This document shows, piece after piece, positions 47,058 through 56,702 of a stretch of DNA of 64,000 nucleotides (position 1 is its first letter; each line of letters starts with the position of its first letter). The notes below the pieces were generated by a model. The model saw only the letters and a list, made by a program, of their open reading frames with translations, was not told the origin of the DNA and did not search any database. The translations under genes were made by a program, and so were the position numbers. Source of the DNA: an uncultured Clostridia bacterium (GTDB lineage: Bacteria; Bacillota; Clostridia; Lachnospirales; Anaerotignaceae); contig CALWEX010000049.1 in assembly GCA_944377425.1 (NCBI GenBank), forward strand, positions 294-64,293, in the 5' to 3' direction.

Positions 47058-48434
47058 TTAAGCTGATGCTTCAGCTTCTCTTTTAAGACCTAACTTACCC
47101 AAAGAACGTTTTAAGAAGAATATACTTAAAATCATGGCCACTATTTCCGCAACAGGGAACGCAAACCACACTACTGAAAGGCCGCCTATTTTGGAAAGTA
47201 TAAAAGCCGCTGGTATAAGCACAACTATCTGTCTGCCTATTGATATATAAAGGCTGTAAAGGCCATGACCAAATGCCTGACAAACAGAGCTTGTTATAAT
47301 ACAGAAACCAGCAAAAATATAACTTAAGCATATTATTCTTAAGGCATGTACACCTATTACAAGCATATCATCAGAAGCGTTAAAGAGCAATAACAACTTA
47401 TCCGGGAATATCTGGAATACTGCAAGGCCTATAAGCATAATACATATAGCGTATGTAACAGCCAACTTAATTGTTTTATGTATTCTGTCGCCTTTTTTAG
47501 CACCATAGTTAAATGCAAGTATAGGAACCATTGCGTTGTTTAAACCAAATATAGGCATAAACACAAAGCTCTGAAGCTTAAAGTAAACACCAAATACAGC
47601 AACAGCTGTAGGTGTAAATACTATAAGTATTTTGTTCATGGCATAAGTCATAACAGAGCCTATTGAAATCATAAGTATTGACGGAATACCTATACCAAGT
47701 ATTGTTTTTATAACACTCCACTGAGGAGCTAAGTTTGAAAGCTTAAAGTTAATATCTGGGTTCTTTTTAATATTAAGTATAAAAGCCATTAAACCTGCTA
47801 CGCACTGGCCTATAACAGTGGCATAAGCCGCACCGGCTACACCAAGCTTAGGCGCACCTAAAAGACCAAATATAAGTATAGGGTCAAGAACTATGTTTAT
47901 AACAGCACCTGTTGTCTGTGTAAACATGGTATAAAGTGTTCTGCCTGTAGCCTGAAGAAGTCTTTCAAATGTAAGCTGCATAAAAATACCTATTGAAAAT
48001 ACACAGCAAATTCTTACATACTCTGTTCCGCCTTCGTATATGCTTGCTATATTTGTCTGACTTTTCATAAAAAGACCAGCACAGAATATACCAAAAATAA
48101 GGAATATAGCAAAGCTTATTAAATTTAAAAGAACTCCCTGCATGGCTGTTTTATCTGCCGCTGACTGTTTCTTTTCGCCTAATGCCCTTGAAAGCACAGC
48201 GTTTGTACCTACACCTATACCGCTTCCCATAGCAATCATAAAGTTCTGTATAGGGAAAGCCATAGAAACCGCCGTAAGCGCATCTTCACTTAACTGTGAA
48301 ACATAAATACTGTCTACTACATTATAAAAGGCCTGAACAATCATAGAAATCATAATTGGTATAGCCATAGATAAAAGAAGCTTATTTACGGGCATGGTGC
48401 CCATCTTATTTTCGTTTACACTGCTGTTTTCCAT
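47058..48434 (-). CDS. MATE family efflux transporter
   Basis: 12-TM pattern; start is ATG 48434 (MENSSVNE) behind GGAGGAA. Confidence 0.9.
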   Translation of the reverse strand: MENSSVNENKMGTMPVNKLLLSMAIPIMISMIVQAFYNVVDSIYVSQLSEDALTAVSMAFPIQNFMIAMGSGIGVGTNAVLSRALGEKKQSAADKTAMQGVLLNLISFAIFLIFGIFCAGLFMKSQTNIASIYEGGTEYVRICCVFSIGIFMQLTFERLLQATGRTLYTMFTQTTGAVINIVLDPILIFGLLGAPKLGVAGAAYATVIGQCVAGLMAFILNIKKNPDINFKLSNLAPQWSVIKTILGIGIPSILMISIGSVMTYAMNKILIVFTPTAVAVFGVYFKLQSFVFMPIFGLNNAMVPILAFNYGAKKGDRIHKTIKLAVTYAICIMLIGLAVFQIFPDKLLLLFNASDDMLVIGVHALRIICLSYIFAGFCIITSSVCQAFGHGLYSLYISIGRQIVVLIPAAFILSKIGGLSVVWFAFPVAEIVAMILSIFFLKRSLGKLGLKREAEASA

Positions 48435-48503
48435 ATTTCCTCCTAAAACAAAAATACAATACCACTTAAAATTTAAAACCATCTGAAATATTTATAATAT
48501 TTT

Positions 48504-49433
48504 TTATTGCTCAACACTTTGCTGAGTATTTTTTGTTGCGCTTCTTTGAGGCATAAATAATCTGTCTTTATCCGATATAAACAATCCTGTAAATATAAGT
48601 CCTATTCCGCACAATTCCATTAGTGTAATGCGCTCTTTTAAGAATATAACTGAAAATATAACTGTTACAACAGGTATAAGGTATATGTATACGCTTGTTT
48701 TTACTGCACCAAGTATTTTAAGTGCGCTGTTCCAAGTTACATAGCATATTCCTGAGCCTAAAAAGCCGAGAAAAGCGAAACTGAGCAAAACTTTACTATT
48801 ATATAATTCATTTAATTTCACATCAAAGCCCATAAAATACAGCACAGGAATACAAATTATTATAGCGTAAAAGAATATGTGTCTTGTCATAGGTACAGCT
48901 TTAATACCCCATGAGCTTATCTTTTTAGTTATGGTAGAATAAATCGCCCAGCTTAAAGCCGCGCCGCAGGCTAATATTAAGCCTTTAAAATCCAATGCGC
49001 CTTCAACACCGCCGTTAAGGGTTACAAGTGTAATACCTGCCATAGCCAACACAAATCCTGCAAAAAAATACTTTTTTGTTCTTTCGCCTAAAAATATTCT
49101 GGATATTAAAGCGGTAAAAAACGGCGATACTGAAACAAGAATACCTACTGCCGATGCGGTTATATATGTAAGGGCAGTATTTTCAAAAAGGAAATACACC
49201 ACAACACCAAATAATCCCGCTGAAGCAAACATTAATTCTTCTTTAAAGCTTTTTGTTTTTACTCTGCTGTGGTCAAGTATCATAAGCAATACCCAAGCCG
49301 CCGAAAACCTTGTAAAAAGTATCTCCGCTGGTGTAAATTTATCCAGCAGTACTTTTGTTACCACAAATGTAGTTCCCCAAATAAGTATGCTCCAAAGAGC
49401 GCATAAATGGCCCCGTGTACTGGCCTTTTCCAT
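48504..49433 (-). CDS. EamA/DMT family transporter
   Basis: 10-TM pattern with two EamA repeats; likely start ATG 49433. Confidence 0.85.
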   Translation of the reverse strand: MEKASTRGHLCALWSILIWGTTFVVTKVLLDKFTPAEILFTRFSAAWVLLMILDHSRVKTKSFKEELMFASAGLFGVVVYFLFENTALTYITASAVGILVSVSPFFTALISRIFLGERTKKYFFAGFVLAMAGITLVTLNGGVEGALDFKGLILACGAALSWAIYSTITKKISSWGIKAVPMTRHIFFYAIIICIPVLYFMGFDVKLNELYNSKVLLSFAFLGFLGSGICYVTWNSALKILGAVKTSVYIYLIPVVTVIFSVIFLKERITLMELCGIGLIFTGLFISDKDRLFMPQRSATKNTQQSVEQ

Positions 49434-49693
49434 TTGAAAAATTCCCCCTCTCTTTAACGTAAAATATATTATATTAAAATTAATTAATATATTCAATACA
49501 TTTATGTAAGCAAACTAACAAAAGCCATGAAAATTGAATTTATTAATATTTAATAGGTATAAAAAAAGCTCTTTTACAATATTATGTCACTAAAATATTA
49601 CAACAATATTTATAGCATTTGTTCATCAGCATTATAAATATAAATATAACAATGCTGACATGTATACAAAATTATGTAATATTAAACAAAATT

Positions 49694-49722
49694 AAGCCGC
49701 AGGCAACAAAACCCTACGGCTT
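49694..49722 (-). terminator. terminator after the purO-purH-like operon
   Basis: AAGCCGCAGG / CCCTACGGCTT stem; the minus strand then reads AAUUUUGUUU. Confidence 0.65.
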
Positions 49723-49749
49723 ATACAAACTTATATAAAATTTAATTTA

Positions 49750-50925
49750 TTAGTGATGGAAAAACCTTATGCCTGTAAAGCACATAGCCATATTGCAGTC
49801 ATTTGCTGTTTTAATTACAAGGTCATCTCTAATAGAGCCGCCTGGCTGAGCTACATATTTAACACCACTTCTATAAGCGCGCTCTATATTGTCACCAAAT
49901 GGGAAGAATGCATCAGAACCAAGAGCTACGTCTTTCATATTAGAAAGCCATGCTTTTTTCTGCTCTGGTGTAAATACTTCAGGCTTTACTTTAAATATAT
50001 TCTGCCATTTGCCTTCTGCCAAAACGTCCATATAATCCTCACCTATATAAAGGTCAATGGCGTTATCCCTGTCGGCACGGCCTATTGTGTCAACAAACTG
50101 CAAATTCATTACATTAGGGCTCTGACGAAGGAACCAGTTGTCTGCCTTGCTTCCTGCAAGCCTTGTACAGTGGATACGGCTCTGCTGGCCTGCGCCAATG
50201 CCTATAGCCTGTCCGCCTTTTGCAAAACATACTGAATTTGACTGTGTGTATTTAAGTGTAATAAGAGCTATTATAAGGTCAATCTGAGCTAAGTCAGGTA
50301 TTTCTTTATTTTCTGTTACAATGTTTTTAAGAAGCTCTCTGTCTATTTTAAGCTCGTTTCTGCCCTGTTCAAATGTAATGCCATAAACCTGTTTTCTTTC
50401 CACCGGCTCTGGCTTATATGATGGGTCTATCTGTATAATGTTGTAGTTGCCTTTTTTCTTTGCTTTAAGTATCTCAAGTGCCTCAGGTTCATATCCAGGA
50501 GCTATTACGCCGTCTGATACTTCTCTTTTAATAATGTTTGCTGTAGCTACATCACAAACATCTGAAAGTGATATAAAATCACCAAAAGATGACATTCTGT
50601 CGGCACCTCTTGCCCTTGCGTAAGCACATGCCAAAGGTGAAAGCTCACCTAAATCATCTACCCAGTATATTTTTTTAAGTGTATCATCTAAAGGAAGGCC
50701 TACTGCTGCACCAGCTGGTGAAACGTGTTTGAAAGATGTAGCCGCAGGAAGGCCTGTAGCCTCTTTTAATTCCTTTACAAGCTGATAGCCGTTAAAAGCG
50801 TCAAGGAAGTTAATATATCCCGGTTTTCCATTAAGGACTGTAATAGGCAATTCCCCATTTTCAATAAATATTCTTGACGGCTTCTGGTTTGGGTTACAGC
50901 CGTATTTAAGAGCAAGTTCCTTCAT
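49750..50925 (-). CDS. purH: AICAR formyltransferase (PurH AICARFT domain only)
   Basis: 391 aa, starts MKELALKYGCNPNQ, and lacks the MGS-like IMP cyclohydrolase domain. Confidence 0.85.
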   Translation of the reverse strand: MKELALKYGCNPNQKPSRIFIENGELPITVLNGKPGYINFLDAFNGYQLVKELKEATGLPAATSFKHVSPAGAAVGLPLDDTLKKIYWVDDLGELSPLACAYARARGADRMSSFGDFISLSDVCDVATANIIKREVSDGVIAPGYEPEALEILKAKKKGNYNIIQIDPSYKPEPVERKQVYGITFEQGRNELKIDRELLKNIVTENKEIPDLAQIDLIIALITLKYTQSNSVCFAKGGQAIGIGAGQQSRIHCTRLAGSKADNWFLRQSPNVMNLQFVDTIGRADRDNAIDLYIGEDYMDVLAEGKWQNIFKVKPEVFTPEQKKAWLSNMKDVALGSDAFFPFGDNIERAYRSGVKYVAQPGGSIRDDLVIKTANDCNMAMCFTGIRFFHH

Positions 50926-50946
50926 AACACAAATTACCTCCCTTTA

Positions 50947-51660
50947 TTACTTGTTTTTATTAATTATTCTTGTTTCGTATTTACCTGTAGCTATATCAAT
51001 AAATCTTACAAAAAGAGAAACCTTGTTGTCCTCATTAAGGCTTGACCAAATCATGTTTGTAAACTCGTCAATGTTGCCTTTAATTTCTACTCTCTTAGGC
51101 TCGCCTTCAAAACTTGGGAGCGGATTTTCATTTCTTGCATAAGTATGAATAAATCTGCCTTCGCCATTTATTGGGTTATTGTATGCAAATGTAAAACGGT
51201 CACAGCTTTCAGGTCTGCCGTTATCGCTTTTAAGTATGCTCATGGCATAGTTGTAATTTCCGTTTTCAACATGCATAATACCAGAAATTCTTGGTGTATA
51301 GTTAGGGCCGTCAGGCTCAAACTCTCTAACTCTTAAAGACTGCTCAAATGTAGACTGCTTGTCCATAAGCTCATAAATTGTGTCTGTCTGGTCTCCGTTT
51401 GTAACTATTGTTTTATTGCCTAAAACTCTTACTGGAGCGTAAATAATAAGGCTTGGGTCCTCTAATTTAGAAGGGTCAAAAGCCTCTGTGCGTATGCCTT
51501 CGCCATCTTCAACAAAAACTCTGTTGCGGCTGTTGGAGCTTCTGCCCATTATAAAATATGCAGTAACGGCTGTTTTGCCATCTTCTGATTTGCCTATTAC
51601 AATACCCCTGCCCGGATATGGGTTAGACATAAGTTCTTCTTTTAAAGATATAAGCTTCAT
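50947..51660 (-). CDS. purO: PurO-type IMP cyclohydrolase
   Basis: 237 aa, NPYPGRGIVIG...FIMGRSSNSRNR pattern of the archaeal-type IMP cyclohydrolase family, immediately upstream of the AICARFT gene. Confidence 0.75.
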   Translation of the reverse strand: MKLISLKEELMSNPYPGRGIVIGKSEDGKTAVTAYFIMGRSSNSRNRVFVEDGEGIRTEAFDPSKLEDPSLIIYAPVRVLGNKTIVTNGDQTDTIYELMDKQSTFEQSLRVREFEPDGPNYTPRISGIMHVENGNYNYAMSILKSDNGRPESCDRFTFAYNNPINGEGRFIHTYARNENPLPSFEGEPKRVEIKGNIDEFTNMIWSSLNEDNKVSLFVRFIDIATGKYETRIINKNK

Positions 51661-51921
51661 TTAAAAACCTCCCCAGTATACTGTATATAATAAACCGTTC
51701 ATGTGTCTATAAGTGTTTATTTATACCATATTATATAAAATTTGCTGAAAATTCAACCCTATATTTTTTAACTGCCTGTGTGCGGCAAAGAGTAAAAATA
51801 AATCTTTCGAGCTTTATAATACCAAATACAGCCTCTTTATTTTTATAATTGCGGCTTTATTTTAAATATGGTATTTTATAAATATAAAAGCTTAAATCTG
51901 CTTTTAAAAGGAGGCGGTTAA

Positions 51922-52167
51922 ATGCTCTGTCCTAAATGTGGTAAAGAAATGAAAAAAGGCTTTTTATGCGGCCGTGGATACAATTATTTTCTTTCTGAAG
52001 GTGAAAAAAGCCCTAATCTTTTATCAAAGAAAATACTTGAAAAGAAACATGCCGTTATACTGCCGCCAGATGATATTTGTATTGCCTTCTGCCAAAACTG
52101 GCCAACGGCCTTTTGGTGTGGTGACTGCAAAATGCTTATTGCTGATTATTCCGAGCTTATGGAGTAA
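51922..52167 (+). CDS. zinc-ribbon hypothetical protein
   Basis: 81 aa with CPKCG...CGDC Cys pairs; AAGGAGG RBS. Confidence 0.6.
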   Translation: MLCPKCGKEMKKGFLCGRGYNYFLSEGEKSPNLLSKKILEKKHAVILPPDDICIAFCQNWPTAFWCGDCKMLIADYSELME

Positions 52168-52191
52168 ATATTTTTTTCAAATATATAACAA

Positions 52192-52222
52192 AAATCCAGC
52201 TGATTTTACAGCCGGATTTTTT
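52192..52222. terminator. bidirectional terminator
   Basis: AAATCCAGCTG / CAGCCGGATTT stem with one mismatch, followed by a T-run. Confidence 0.75.
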
Positions 52223-52237
52223 ATTTTTGCAGAAAGG

Positions 52238-52495
52238 CTAGTACTCCTGCGCCCGTTTTTGAGTTTCTATAAACCATCTGTTTTCTTCCAGAAATATATA
52301 TTTTTCATGGTTTTTAATTCGGCATGTATACCTAAGTCCTGCGCCGCCTGTTTTAAGGGCGGCCATTTTTCTTATGCTCAAAACCTTGTCTATTTTATAT
52401 ACAATGCCGTTTTCGTATTTAAAGCTTATAGGCATTATATTGCCCTTTTCGTCAAATTCAGCCGTCATATCTATATAAACTTTTCTTGCCTGCAT
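52238..52495 (-). CDS. small hypothetical protein co-transcribed with the Y-family polymerase
   Basis: 85 aa, starting 24 nt after the polymerase stop, with a GGTGGTGG RBS. Confidence 0.6.
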   Translation of the reverse strand: MQARKVYIDMTAEFDEKGNIMPISFKYENGIVYKIDKVLSIRKMAALKTGGAGLRYTCRIKNHEKYIFLEENRWFIETQKRAQEY

Positions 52496-52519
52496 AAAAC
52501 CACCACCATTTATTTTTAA

Positions 52520-53764
52520 TTATTTAAAATATGCCGTTGGAAATATTACATTATCTGTTTTTGGGCTTATGGCTGTAATATCCCCGTTTATAAGCTCTGT
52601 ACCTCTCACAACGGCTTTAGGGCCAAAACGATTTCTTATTGAGTCAAGGGATTTATCAAGGTTTCGGCGCTTTTCCCTTTTTAAGTCTGTTCCGAAAATA
52701 TCCATTTGTATGGCCTCAGTATTTTCTGCCAAGTCAGATACTCTAACGCCTAAAGAACGTATAGGCTTCTGCCAGTTATAGTTTAAAATAAAAAGCTCAT
52801 ATGCTGCTTTTAAAATTTCGTCGTTTATATCTGTTGAAAGCTTAAGCTTTTTCTGCCTTTCAAAGCTGAAAAGGCCGTTATCCCGAACACTTACTGAAAC
52901 AACACTGCCCTTTAAGCCATGCTCCCTTAGCCTTGCTCCTACAGACTCTGACAAAAGCGCCAAAGCGGCAAAAACTTCGCCGTTTGTGTTTAAATCACGT
53001 GGAAGTGTAAAGCTGTTTCCTATGGATTTAATGCCGGCATGGGAGTTATATTCCCTTACAGGGTCAATATCGTATCCATTGGCAAATGAATGGAGCACAT
53101 ACCCCCACTTTCCAAAATGCTTATGCAAAAATTCCCTATCGGCCTTTGCTATATCCCCTATTGTTCTTATGTTTAAAAGAGCAAGACGGCGTTTATTTGC
53201 CCTGCCTACATAGAGCATGTTTTCTGCCGGCTGAGGGAACACCAGTTTTTTATAATTCTCTCTGTCAAAAACCGTAACGGCATCAGGCTTTTTATAGTCA
53301 CTGCCAAGTTTGGCGTAAATTTTGTTCCAGCTTACGCCAATGCTTACGGTTATTCCCAATTCCTTTTTTATTTTACGCCGTATTTTTTCCGCTGTTTCCA
53401 TTCCGCCGCCAAAAATATCCTTTGACGCTGTACAGTCCAGCCAAGCTTCATCAAGGCCAAAAGGCTCCACAAGATTAGTAAATTCCAGATAAATTTCACG
53501 TGTCATTTTGGAAAAACGCATATATTTTTTAAAATCAGGCGGTATAATAACCAAATCCGGACATTTAAGTCTGGCCTGCCAAAGGGCTTCACCTGTTTTA
53601 ATGCCATATTTTTTGGCTATATAATTTTTAGTAAGTATTATTCCATGGCGCTTTTTTTCATCTCCACCTACGGCAACAGGCTTATCCCTAAGCTCCGGAT
53701 GATAAAGGCACTCCACGGAAGCATAAAAGCAGTTGCAGTCTGAATGAAGTACTATCCTGTCCAT
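52520..53764 (-). CDS. Y-family (DinB/UmuC-like) translesion DNA polymerase
   Basis: Start MDRIVLHSDCNCFYASVE (ATG 53764), about 414 aa. Confidence 0.9.
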   Translation of the reverse strand: MDRIVLHSDCNCFYASVECLYHPELRDKPVAVGGDEKKRHGIILTKNYIAKKYGIKTGEALWQARLKCPDLVIIPPDFKKYMRFSKMTREIYLEFTNLVEPFGLDEAWLDCTASKDIFGGGMETAEKIRRKIKKELGITVSIGVSWNKIYAKLGSDYKKPDAVTVFDRENYKKLVFPQPAENMLYVGRANKRRLALLNIRTIGDIAKADREFLHKHFGKWGYVLHSFANGYDIDPVREYNSHAGIKSIGNSFTLPRDLNTNGEVFAALALLSESVGARLREHGLKGSVVSVSVRDNGLFSFERQKKLKLSTDINDEILKAAYELFILNYNWQKPIRSLGVRVSDLAENTEAIQMDIFGTDLKREKRRNLDKSLDSIRNRFGPKAVVRGTELINGDITAISPKTDNVIFPTAYFK

Positions 53765-53811
53765 ACAAAACACCTCTGTAAAATATATGCAAATATTCAT
53801 TCTTATTATTA

Positions 53812-53824
53812 CGAATATTTGTTC
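53812..53824. promoter_or_regulatory. putative LexA (SOS/Cheo) box
   Basis: CGAATATTTGTTC against the Firmicutes consensus CGAAC-N4-GTTCG, 48-60 nt upstream of the polymerase start. Confidence 0.45.
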
Positions 53825-54009
53825 TTACATTATACCCCTTACATATACCCAAGTCAACATATGCTTAAATGGTAATTTATGGAAAAATGCGCTATATATT
53901 TTTTGTAGCCAAGTTGTATTGACAAATTAAACTGCCTGTCGGATAATTTAATCAATAAGCCCGCCAAAAGTCGGCGGTAAGTAGATAATAAATATAGAGA
54001 GGTTAGAAT

Positions 54010-54924
54010 ATGAGACATTTAATTGACCCGTTGGATTTTACAAAGGAAGAAACAGAAGAACTTCTCGTACTTTCCGAGGATATACGTCGCAATCCTGAAA
54101 AATATCAGGATAAATGCGCACACAAAAAAATAGCCACTCTTTTTTATGAGCCAAGCACACGCACAAGGCTCTCTTTTGAGTCGGCAATGATTAATTTGGG
54201 CGGCAGTGTAATAGGCTTTTCCAGTGCAAACTCATCAAGCGCATCTAAAGGCGAAAGTGTAGCTGATACAATAAGGGTAATAAGCGCTTTTGCCGACATA
54301 ACCGCTATACGCCATCCAAAAGAAGGCGCACCTATGAGAGCAAGCATGTTCTCATCTATACCTGTTATAAATGCCGGCGACGGTGGACACCAGCACCCAA
54401 CTCAGACTCTTGCGGATTTAGCAACTATACGCCGCAGAAAAGGACGCCTTAATAACCTTGTAATAGGTCTTTGCGGTGACTTAAAGTTTGGCAGGACAGT
54501 ACACAGCCTTATAAAGAGCATTTCACGCTGGGACGGCATTAAATTTGTGCTTATAAGCCCTACAGAGCTTAAAGTTCCAGACTATATTATAAACGAAGTA
54601 CTTAAGCCTAATAATATAGAGTTTGAGGAAACAACAGACCTTGAAGATGCTTTAGGAAAACTTGATATACTTTATATGACACGTGTACAAAAAGAGCGTT
54701 TCTTTAACGAAGAAGACTATGTACGCCTTAAAGACAGCTATATACTTACTGAAAAGAAAATGGAACTGGCAAAAGAAGACATGGCTGTTCTTCACCCGCT
54801 TCCAAGAGTAAACGAAATAGCTCTGGCAGTTGACAAAGACCCAAGGGCGGCTTATTTTGAGCAGGTTCAAAACGGTATGTATGTAAGAGAGGCCCTTATA
54901 CTTAAATTATTAAACTTAGCGTGA
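54010..54924 (+). CDS. pyrB: aspartate carbamoyltransferase catalytic subunit
   Basis: STRTR, HPTQ and HPLP motifs. Confidence 0.96.
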   Translation: MRHLIDPLDFTKEETEELLVLSEDIRRNPEKYQDKCAHKKIATLFYEPSTRTRLSFESAMINLGGSVIGFSSANSSSASKGESVADTIRVISAFADITAIRHPKEGAPMRASMFSSIPVINAGDGGHQHPTQTLADLATIRRRKGRLNNLVIGLCGDLKFGRTVHSLIKSISRWDGIKFVLISPTELKVPDYIINEVLKPNNIEFEETTDLEDALGKLDILYMTRVQKERFFNEEDYVRLKDSYILTEKKMELAKEDMAVLHPLPRVNEIALAVDKDPRAAYFEQVQNGMYVREALILKLLNLA

Positions 54925-54937
54925 AAGGAGCCCAAAT

Positions 54938-55372
54938 ATGCTTAATATAGATGAAATTCAAAACGGTGTTGTAATAGACCATATAAAAGCTGGCACCAGC
55001 CGTACTCTTGCTGATGTAGCAGGCCTTGATAATCTTGACTGCGGTGTTGCCATAATCAAAAATGTACGCAGTACAAAAAGCGGCAAAAAAGATATTATAA
55101 AAATAGAAGGCGAAGTATCCTCAATTAATTTTGGTGTGCTTGCCTATATCGACCCGGATATTACAATAAACTACATTAAAAACGGCAAAATAATTAAAAA
55201 AGAAAAACCAGTTCTTCCAGAAACACTTGTTAATGTAATGCGCTGCAAAAACCCTCGCTGCATTACAAGCATAGAACATGAGTGTGACCATATATTCAAA
55301 CTTACACCAAGCGGAAAATACCGCTGCCTTTACTGTGAGGAAGAATTCCAGAAAAACAAAAATTTGAAATAA
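54938..55372 (+). CDS. pyrI: aspartate carbamoyltransferase regulatory subunit
   Basis: 144 aa with a C-terminal zinc site CKNPRC...CLYCE. Confidence 0.93.
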   Translation: MLNIDEIQNGVVIDHIKAGTSRTLADVAGLDNLDCGVAIIKNVRSTKSGKKDIIKIEGEVSSINFGVLAYIDPDITINYIKNGKIIKKEKPVLPETLVNVMRCKNPRCITSIEHECDHIFKLTPSGKYRCLYCEEEFQKNKNLK

Positions 55373-55375
55373 ATC

Positions 55376-55440
55376 TTAGAAAGTGTTAGAAATAGTTAGA
55401 AAAAATTAGAAAAAGTTAGAAAAAATTATTGAAATAGAAA
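55376..55440 (+). repeat. five perfect plus one degenerate TTAGAAA units at an exact 10-bp period
   Basis: TTAG at 55376, 55386, 55396, 55406 and 55416; a degenerate TTATTGAAA at 55426. The array lies between the pyrI stop and the terminator. Confidence 0.9.
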
Positions 55441-55442
55441 AA

Positions 55443-55481
55443 CAGTGAACTTTACAAAAAAATAAAGCTCACTGTTTTTTA
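55443..55481. terminator. bidirectional terminator
   Basis: CAGTGAACTTT / AAAGCTCACTG stem followed by TTTTTT. Confidence 0.8.
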
Positions 55482-55877
55482 TTTATTGCTTTTATATTTT
55501 TCAAAAGCTACCCATATAGCAATATTTAACACCAATATTATTAAATGCGGAATATATAAAGCTATATCAGCATTGCCGCCTGTTTTTAAAGTCATATAAA
55601 CAGAAAAACCCACCGCAAACATATACATAATAATATATATTGACCTTAAAAGCATTCCGCCGTACATAAGGCTAATAAAAGTCATAACAATTGCGGTTAT
55701 ATAAGGCATTGTTACATAAGGATTTACCATTTCCGCAATACGGTCACTTAAAGAATACACTGGGCTTATCATTGTGAAATAATAAAATAAATAAAGCATC
55801 ATAAACACAAGGGGAAAAGCCGGTTTAAAATATATGTGATTATTATATTTTTTATATATGGATTCTATAATTTCCAT
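55479..55877 (-). CDS. hypothetical integral membrane protein
   Basis: About 132 aa, 4 TM segments; start ATG 55877 behind GGAGG. Confidence 0.6.
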   Translation of the reverse strand: MEIIESIYKKYNNHIYFKPAFPLVFMMLYLFYYFTMISPVYSLSDRIAEMVNPYVTMPYITAIVMTFISLMYGGMLLRSIYIIMYMFAVGFSVYMTLKTGGNADIALYIPHLIILVLNIAIWVAFEKYKSNK

Positions 55878-56071
55878 ATAAACCTCCATTAAACTGTTTA
55901 AGCCCATTAAATTTAAAATTCTGTTTTATTTTAATTATATTCTACCTTAGGCAATATGTAAATTAAAATTAAAATTAGAAATTATGTATAAATAATAAAA
56001 CAATATTTAACTATGTTATACTTCTGCACAGCTTATTTTGCCTGATGTCCTACTTAAAAAAATTTATATAA

Positions 56072-56115
56072 CAAAAAAGCGCTGAAACATCTGTATATAC
56101 AAATATTTCAGCGCT
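56072..56115 (-). terminator. terminator after the ferritin gene
   Basis: AGCGCTGAAA / TTTCAGCGCT stem with a U-run on the minus strand. Confidence 0.8.
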
Positions 56116-56162
56116 ATGTTTTTAGCTTTATTTATTATGTCAAAACAAAAGAATTATTAATA

Positions 56163-56675
56163 TTAAAGTACCAATGAAGGTGCTGCGTAAACTCTTGCAG
56201 CAAGCTCATTGTCAAGCATATAAAGGCCTTTAGGGTCACTGCCGAAAAGAGTAAACTTCTTAACAAGGTCTTCGGCATTTTTCTCTTCCTCGCCCTGTTC
56301 TTTAACAAACCAGTCTAAAAACTGCATTGTACGGAAATCCCTTACACTGTTTGCGGCATCATAAATATTATGTATAAGGCTTGTAACATACTGTTCATGT
56401 TTAAGGCCTTCATTAAGTGGGTCTATAAACTCTTTAAGCTCAACATCCGGCTTTGCTATTGCCTCAAGAACTACCTTTTCACCGTTATTCTGAAGGTATG
56501 TAAGCATAAGCATTGCGTGGTCTCTTTCTTCCTGAGCCTGTATTTTGTACCAGTTGCCAAAACCATCAAGACCTTCATTATAATAGTAGTTAGAAAAATC
56601 AAGATAGAGATAAGCTGAATAAAATTCTTTGTTTACCTGTTCATTAATAAGATTTGCTACTTTTGCGTCAAGCAT
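56163..56675 (-). CDS. non-haem ferritin
   Basis: Ferroxidase-centre pattern including AQEERDHA; start ATG 56675 behind GGGAGG. Confidence 0.9.
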   Translation of the reverse strand: MLDAKVANLINEQVNKEFYSAYLYLDFSNYYYNEGLDGFGNWYKIQAQEERDHAMLMLTYLQNNGEKVVLEAIAKPDVELKEFIDPLNEGLKHEQYVTSLIHNIYDAANSVRDFRTMQFLDWFVKEQGEEEKNAEDLVKKFTLFGSDPKGLYMLDNELAARVYAAPSLVL

Positions 56676-56702
56676 TTTTAATCCTCCCATAAAAATATAT
56701 TT

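Noticed and set aside
51661-51921. Purine or ZTP (pfl) riboswitch upstream of purO/purH.
   Set aside because: I looked on the minus strand for the conserved cores (for example CCGCCUGGGC for ZTP, and the U/C-rich junction with ...CCGUAAAU... for the purine class) and found neither.
53960-53985. Hairpin GCCCGCC-AAAAGTC-GGCGG upstream of pyrB as a PyrR-type attenuator.
   Set aside because: No PyrR binding-loop consensus (ARUCCAGAGAGG), no U-tract after the stem, and no pyrR gene nearby.
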